From: Squatina squatina
Lineage: Eukaryota
DNA: 63,837 bases
Reading direction: 5' to 3'
Assembly (NCBI GenBank): GCA_031763465.1
Contig: JARFOE010000234.1
Span: forward strand, 599,268 to 663,104
The position numbers and the translations under genes were made by a program. The notes below the pieces were generated by a model. The model was not told the origin of the DNA, did not search any database, and saw nothing but the letters and a program-made list of their open reading frames with translations. Of the stretch, positions 63,119-63,837 are shown in pieces (position 1 is the stretch's first letter; each line of letters begins with the position of its first letter).

Positions 63119-63837
63119 ACTAGATGCACCTTGGTCCTTTTTCGGCCAACAATTCCTATGTTCTAATGTGCCTCTCTGGGTAGACTATTCACTTTTATCA
63201 TGATGTTACATGCTAACTGTTCATTCAGTCAGATTAGCTGGGATGACTGTCTTTTCTTGTCAGTAGACAAAGCCTTAAGGCAGGGCTTGAGGGTTGTGCT
63301 AAATGAGCCTCCAAGAATGAGTCTCTTTAGTTCCAGACAGAGGCCAAAAAAAAATGAATTCTGAGAATGCTTGTAGTTTGACATTGGTGCCTGTGATTGA
63401 ACTGGCTAAGGTCTGAAAGGTTCCAGAGGTATATAGGTGAATGCTGCAGCCACCTTCAGTGGCACCAACAGAATGTAAATTGTTTGAGCATGACACTCCA
63501 AATCCTCTTTAAATTCTTTACAGAGGCCATAAGGCATCTGCTCAGTAAATCTAAAACCATGAAAACAGTGAGTGTCAGATCAATCTATGAAACTAATTCG
63601 GTGCATCTACATCCTTTGGGAAGGTGCCCTTCTCAGTACCTCCACAGCAAAAAGAGTTCAACCATTTTGAAAGTTGAAATGCCTTTTGAGACAGCTGGGC
63701 TTTGTTTAGTGTGCTATACCTAACACCATTAAAAGGTGTTAATCACAGCAAAGGAAAACTAACTGTTAGCACCTTTTCACAAAACAATACAATAATAACT
63801 GTGGTGCGAAGCATGCTGTCAAGCCTTCTGTGCATGT

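Larger units (their letters stand above)
21077..63837 (+). other. TECRL: Probable intron 1 of TECRL, running beyond the window
   Basis: Begins with GTAAGT. By eye I found no match to the next TECR/TECRL peptides (VTQSSTIHDVKQKFHK, PKWYPSR). A short exon could be hidden in an N gap. Confidence 0.6.

Overview
Eukaryotic (vertebrate) genomic DNA, AT-rich and gene-poor, from a fragmented draft assembly. It has about 48 gaps of 100 N, five of 10 N and one of 722 N, so true distances are unknown. The repeat content (CR1, L2, RTE LINEs, tRNA-Deu SINEs, many Harbinger-type elements) suggests a cartilaginous fish, probably a shark (inference). Only one host coding exon is recognisable: the first coding exon of TECRL (trans-2,3-enoyl-CoA reductase-like; + strand, ATG 20864 to a GTAAGT donor after 21076). 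The ~43 kb downstream behaves as a large first intron, with no exon 2 found. The rest is decayed transposable-element sequence: two PIF/Harbinger relics (one Myb/SANT remnant plus a convergent transposase tail, one long DDE transposase remnant), Harbinger-type and hAT MITEs, LINE fragments, SINEs and a 43-bp minisatellite. Most ORFs in the supplied track are artefacts of reading through N gaps or chance ORFs. I see no convincing wholly new biological system. The best leads are the stack of transposon sequence ending ~60 bp before the TECRL ATG and the uncertain 5' structure of that gene. All family assignments come from recalled motifs, not database searches.
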